A stretch of 64,000 bases of DNA, taken from IMG/VR virus record IMGVR_UViG_3300037067_003400, positions 1-64,000 of that record; one strand, given 5' to 3'. Source of the DNA: a virus (taxonomy: Duplodnaviria; Caudoviricetes). Shown one piece after another: positions 60,097-64,000 of the stretch (position 1 is its first letter; each line of letters opens with the position of its first letter). The position numbers were made by a program, and so were the translations under genes. The notes beneath the pieces were generated by a model, which saw only the letters and a list, made by a program, of their open reading frames with translations, was not told the origin of the DNA and ran no database searches.

Positions 60097-61077
60097 ATGG
60101 AAATCATAGAAAGAATACCAGTTCCTACAGGGGACATTTTAATAGTCGAAGGTGAACATGGTAAGTTAGAATGTTTATCACTGGGTGACTATGGCAAAGA
60201 TGTTAATGTACACTCTGATGCTCTTGGTTTATCAAGAGATATAGAAAAAGTAGAGCATACTAAACTGCTTCCTTTAGAACACAAGTGGGTAGTAACTATA
60301 TCTACTCAGTATGGGTGTTCTATGAAGTGTAAGATATGTGATGTTCCTAAAGTAGGTCCCGGAGTAAATGCTACCTGTGATGATCTTGTGAACCAAGTAA
60401 GAGTGGCTATGAGTATTCACCCAGAGGTAGTATACTCCAAGAGACTTAATGTACATTATGCCAGAATGGGTGAGGCTACTTGGAATCCAGAAGTTCTTGA
60501 TGCGACAGTTGTTTTACATAGTCATCTTCCTAAGGAGTTTCTTTTTCATCCTGTGGTATCTACTATGATGCCTAAGACTAATAAAAATTTGTATGAGTTT
60601 TTATCTCAGTGGATCTTTTTAAAGAACCAAGTTCTAAATGGTGAGGCTGGGCTACAGTTATCTATAAACTCTACTGATGAGGAAGAGCGTGTACACTTGT
60701 TTGGTGGCAGTGCTCTCTCATTAGATAAAGTTGGGAAGCTGATGTCTCGATTTGATTCTAGACCCCTGATAGGTAGGAAGTATACACTCAACTTTGCAGT
60801 TGCTGGATGGGAAATATCCCCAGAGATTTTATTAAGATACTTTAATCCTGAGAGGTACATTATTAAGTTGACTCCTATGCATAAGACTATAACTGCATTG
60901 GAGAATGATATTAAAACATCAGGAGACTATACTACTTTCCATCCTTATAAAGAAGTTGAGGAAGAACTAACAGCTGCTGGGTATGATGTACTTGTGTTCA
61001 TTGCTTCCAAAGAGGAAGACATGGGAAGAATTACCTGTGGAAATGCTATACTTTCTGGAACGAGACCAGAATTGTAG
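60097..61077 (+). CDS. RlmN/Cfr-like radical SAM enzyme
   Basis: STQYGCSMKCKIC (CxxxCxxC); RMGE ~ MGMGEP; LQLSINS ~ LAISLHA; ITCGN ~ AACGQ. Confidence 0.85.
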   Translation: MEIIERIPVPTGDILIVEGEHGKLECLSLGDYGKDVNVHSDALGLSRDIEKVEHTKLLPLEHKWVVTISTQYGCSMKCKICDVPKVGPGVNATCDDLVNQVRVAMSIHPEVVYSKRLNVHYARMGEATWNPEVLDATVVLHSHLPKEFLFHPVVSTMMPKTNKNLYEFLSQWIFLKNQVLNGEAGLQLSINSTDEEERVHLFGGSALSLDKVGKLMSRFDSRPLIGRKYTLNFAVAGWEISPEILLRYFNPERYIIKLTPMHKTITALENDIKTSGDYTTFHPYKEVEEELTAAGYDVLVFIASKEEDMGRITCGNAILSGTRPEL

Positions 61078-61093
61078 ATAATAGGAGAGTCTT

Positions 61094-63867
61094 ATGGATA
61101 GGGCTATTATAGTTGATAATGAGAATAGATGCTCTTACTATTATCCTTATGAGGTAACTCTTGAGGATGGGGAGCTTGAGTTAGCTATCAGGTTCGCCAA
61201 TCCTATGATGCTGCTCTATAAGATCACGAAGAGTGGGACTACTTATATAAAGTTTGATTCTAATAAGGAATTCTATGATAGAGTAGCAAATAATATAACT
61301 TCTGGGAAAGCTAAACTTGAAAATGATGGAGGGCTTACTGGTTATAAATACCCTATATACTCTATAGTTACTCGTGAAGAGAGTGAGTTTATAGAGCAGG
61401 TTACTATATCAGTGTGTGCTCTACCCTCTTATAGGGATGGAGAACCAGACAGATACAGAATCTTCATAGACCAAGGAGACTACCATATGGGGTGCCATAC
61501 TTACCATCAGAAGTCCAAGATAGGTAAGAGACTAAAGGCTCTCTATGATGCTATGGTTAAGAAGCATGCTATCCAGGAGGTAGTCCCTGTTGAGAGGAAA
61601 GGTCTTGGAGAAGTGTTGTTTGGGGAGGTGAGCTGATGTATGGAGAACCCTTAAATCCAGGAGCTATTGTCGCTATGACTTGGATATCTAATATATGTTT
61701 CTATTTATGCGTGCCTTTAGTTGCCTTGGCTATCTTAGACAAGTATGAGCATGAGTTTCTATGGGTATCAGTAGCTGGTCTTGCATTTATGTGGATCAAC
61801 TTTGAGGGTGGGTATGTTGCAAAGACAGGGGATTTCTCTGTGATACTTACACAATTCTTATTCCTGTTGGGGTGCTCTATCCCTATAGGTATCCATTACG
61901 TTATTATGCGCCTACTTAGAGTCAGGAGACCTTACCATGGGTTTTAGTGAATATAATTATGCTTTTTATCTAGGGTATGCTCTTTTAGTATTATCTATAG
62001 TTATGATGTGGGCTGCAGTGGTAAGTAAGATTGAGTTGCTTGGAGTTTATGCTCTAGGTGTAGTGTTTCTTCCAGCTACAGCTTTCCTAGGATTATATTA
62101 TGAGTATGGAGACAGGTCCATACTGATAAATCATGTATCCTTCCTAGTAGGGTGTGGTATCACTGGATATATTGCTCTTGTTATATGGCTATTGTGTATA
62201 GGTAAGGAGAGTTATCATGAGTATTAGTTATCTATTCTGGGGCTTTGTTATAAGCTCCTCTATTTATGTGGTATATCTTATTGCTCCACACGTGCGTCGC
62301 TTTAAGAAGCGAGATTCTTGGGATTTGTAGGTATTGCAATGAGAGTTGATAAACAAATTGATAAGAAGCTAAGAGAGATAAACTCGAGATGTAAACCTAA
62401 TCAAGCAAAGAAGATAGTTAAACTTGCTAAGAAAAGTTCAAGCTCCAAGCGAGAACTAATAACTAAGCTTTGGTTCTATGATATAATGAGGCATACTAAA
62501 TGAAAAGTATTGTATTAGTAATTGTTATCTTGGTGGTATCTTCTTCTTGTTTTGCTGGTGTATTAGAGGAAGCAGATAAGTTATCCTCTGAGAATAAGAG
62601 TATACAGGCTCAACTTGATGATTTACTCCACAGGGGGTTCTTTGGATATAGTAACAATGAGGATGTAGCTAAGGAACTTACTCTGAGGTATAAGTATAAC
62701 AGGGAACGTTATGAGGAGTTGAGGAAAACCAAGGAGGGTTCATCTCTATACCCTATGCCTATTGTTCAAGCTGCTTTCGGGGATGATGACATGCCTCGTA
62801 CCAAGTTAGAGATTGCTAAGATTAAGAAAGATGAAGAGAAAGTTGCTAAAGAGTTTGATAGGATAGCTTGGGATGTAATGGTAGTTATATGTGCTATTGT
62901 TATCTTTACTCTATTCTTTATGGGATGTAGATATTTAATAATTGCTGCTTGTGATAGCGTTGCTAATGCAGCAGCTAAAGAGAAGAAGCCTAATAAGTTT
63001 GATTATTGAGGTAGTTATGAAAGAATTTGATGTGATAGTTAAAGCAACAATGGAGTTTAGGTTTACATGTAAAGCTAAATCAAAGAAAGCTATTCGTGAT
63101 ATGGATAATGATGATGATAGTTTACTTGATGGAGCAAGTTATATGTATACTGAATCTAATGGGTATGACTGGAAACATGCTGACATAATAGAAAAAGGCA
63201 AAGACTAATGAAAAAGTTTTATATTAAGTACAAAAGAACTATTCAAATTGTAGCTTTTGTTTTGATTATGATAGTAACTATATTTATAGCTTGGTTTATG
63301 CACCATATAGGTTTGAGGTATTAGCATGTATTATATCATAGGTGTTGCTATTCTTATAGTAGGTGTGGTAGTATTAGATAGGGGTTATCCTAAGGTTTCC
63401 CTTGCATGCGTAGTATTATTATTGGGATGGACTATCTTTTGCCACTTCTATTCTCCTGGTAAGGTTACTCGTGTAACAGATACTACTTACCTGGGTGAAA
63501 TTGCCCTCCAAAAATCTGTTAAGTTACGAACTGGGTGGTGGGTAGATGTAATGGGAATCGAAAAATACCCCAGAGTTGAGTACTACCTTCGTGTTGATGG
63601 TGAAAACATAAGAGTAGATAAAGAAAGCTATGATTTTCTGAAAGATTACTATACTAAGTAGGTAATATAATGAGTGATAAAGAATATGTTAAAGCTCTTG
63701 AAGAAGAGAATACCAGACTTAGAGCCAAGTTAAAGGCTAAACAACAGGCTAACTGTAGTCATGATGATTATAGTCTTTATTGTAGTAGCTATGAAAATAG
63801 AGCCCCTTATACCACATATAAGTGTAACAAATGCGGGTATATATGGGATGAGAGCATTAGTTGCTAA
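61094..63867 (+). CDS. Small hypothetical and membrane proteins, including paralogous membrane pair 61636..61947 and 61937..62227
   Basis: GDFSVILTQFLFLLGC resembles GDRSILINHVSFLVGC; co-oriented, coupled ORFs. Confidence 0.6.
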
Positions 63868-64000
63868 TAGGAGAGTGTTATGGATAATAGTTGGAAAGAA
63901 ACTTCTTGGAAAGTAACTATAGATGGTAACTTAGCGTTTACTGTTCACAAAATGGTTCCGTGGTATATTTATGAAGAAGAATGGTGGAGAGAGAACGAAA

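Overview
A 64 kb segment of a large, AT-rich tailed-phage (Caudoviricetes-like) genome in two divergent arms that meet at a non-coding switch region (about 31.75-32.35 kb). The left arm (minus strand) is the virion and packaging module. It encodes terminase, a 3748-aa glycan-binding/glycoside-hydrolase-like protein, portal, prohead protease, scaffold, decoration protein, HK97-type major capsid protein, an Ig-containing head protein and two paralogous G8/beta-helix proteins, plus an NDP-sugar epimerase/decarboxylase. The right arm (plus strand) is an early/accessory region of many small ORFs with a PcfJ-like protein, NADAR, RNase H, an RlmN/Cfr-like radical SAM enzyme and lipoproteins. Best candidates for new biology: (1) a very small two-subunit double-psi-barrel RNA polymerase (beta'-like 511 aa, then beta-like 652 aa) with no alpha or sigma gene recognised in the window; (2) a dispersed and arrayed family of GTAG-[palindrome]-CG hairpins and a 14-bp palindromic operator, which may be its cis-elements; (3) an RNA layer comprising an intact type II hammerhead ribozyme, conserved post-stop long hairpins, a roughly 450-nt multi-helix ncRNA candidate and a smaller structured RNA; (4) an RlmN homologue that lacks the crosslink-resolving cysteine. 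All calls come from motifs read by eye; no searches or folding programs were run.
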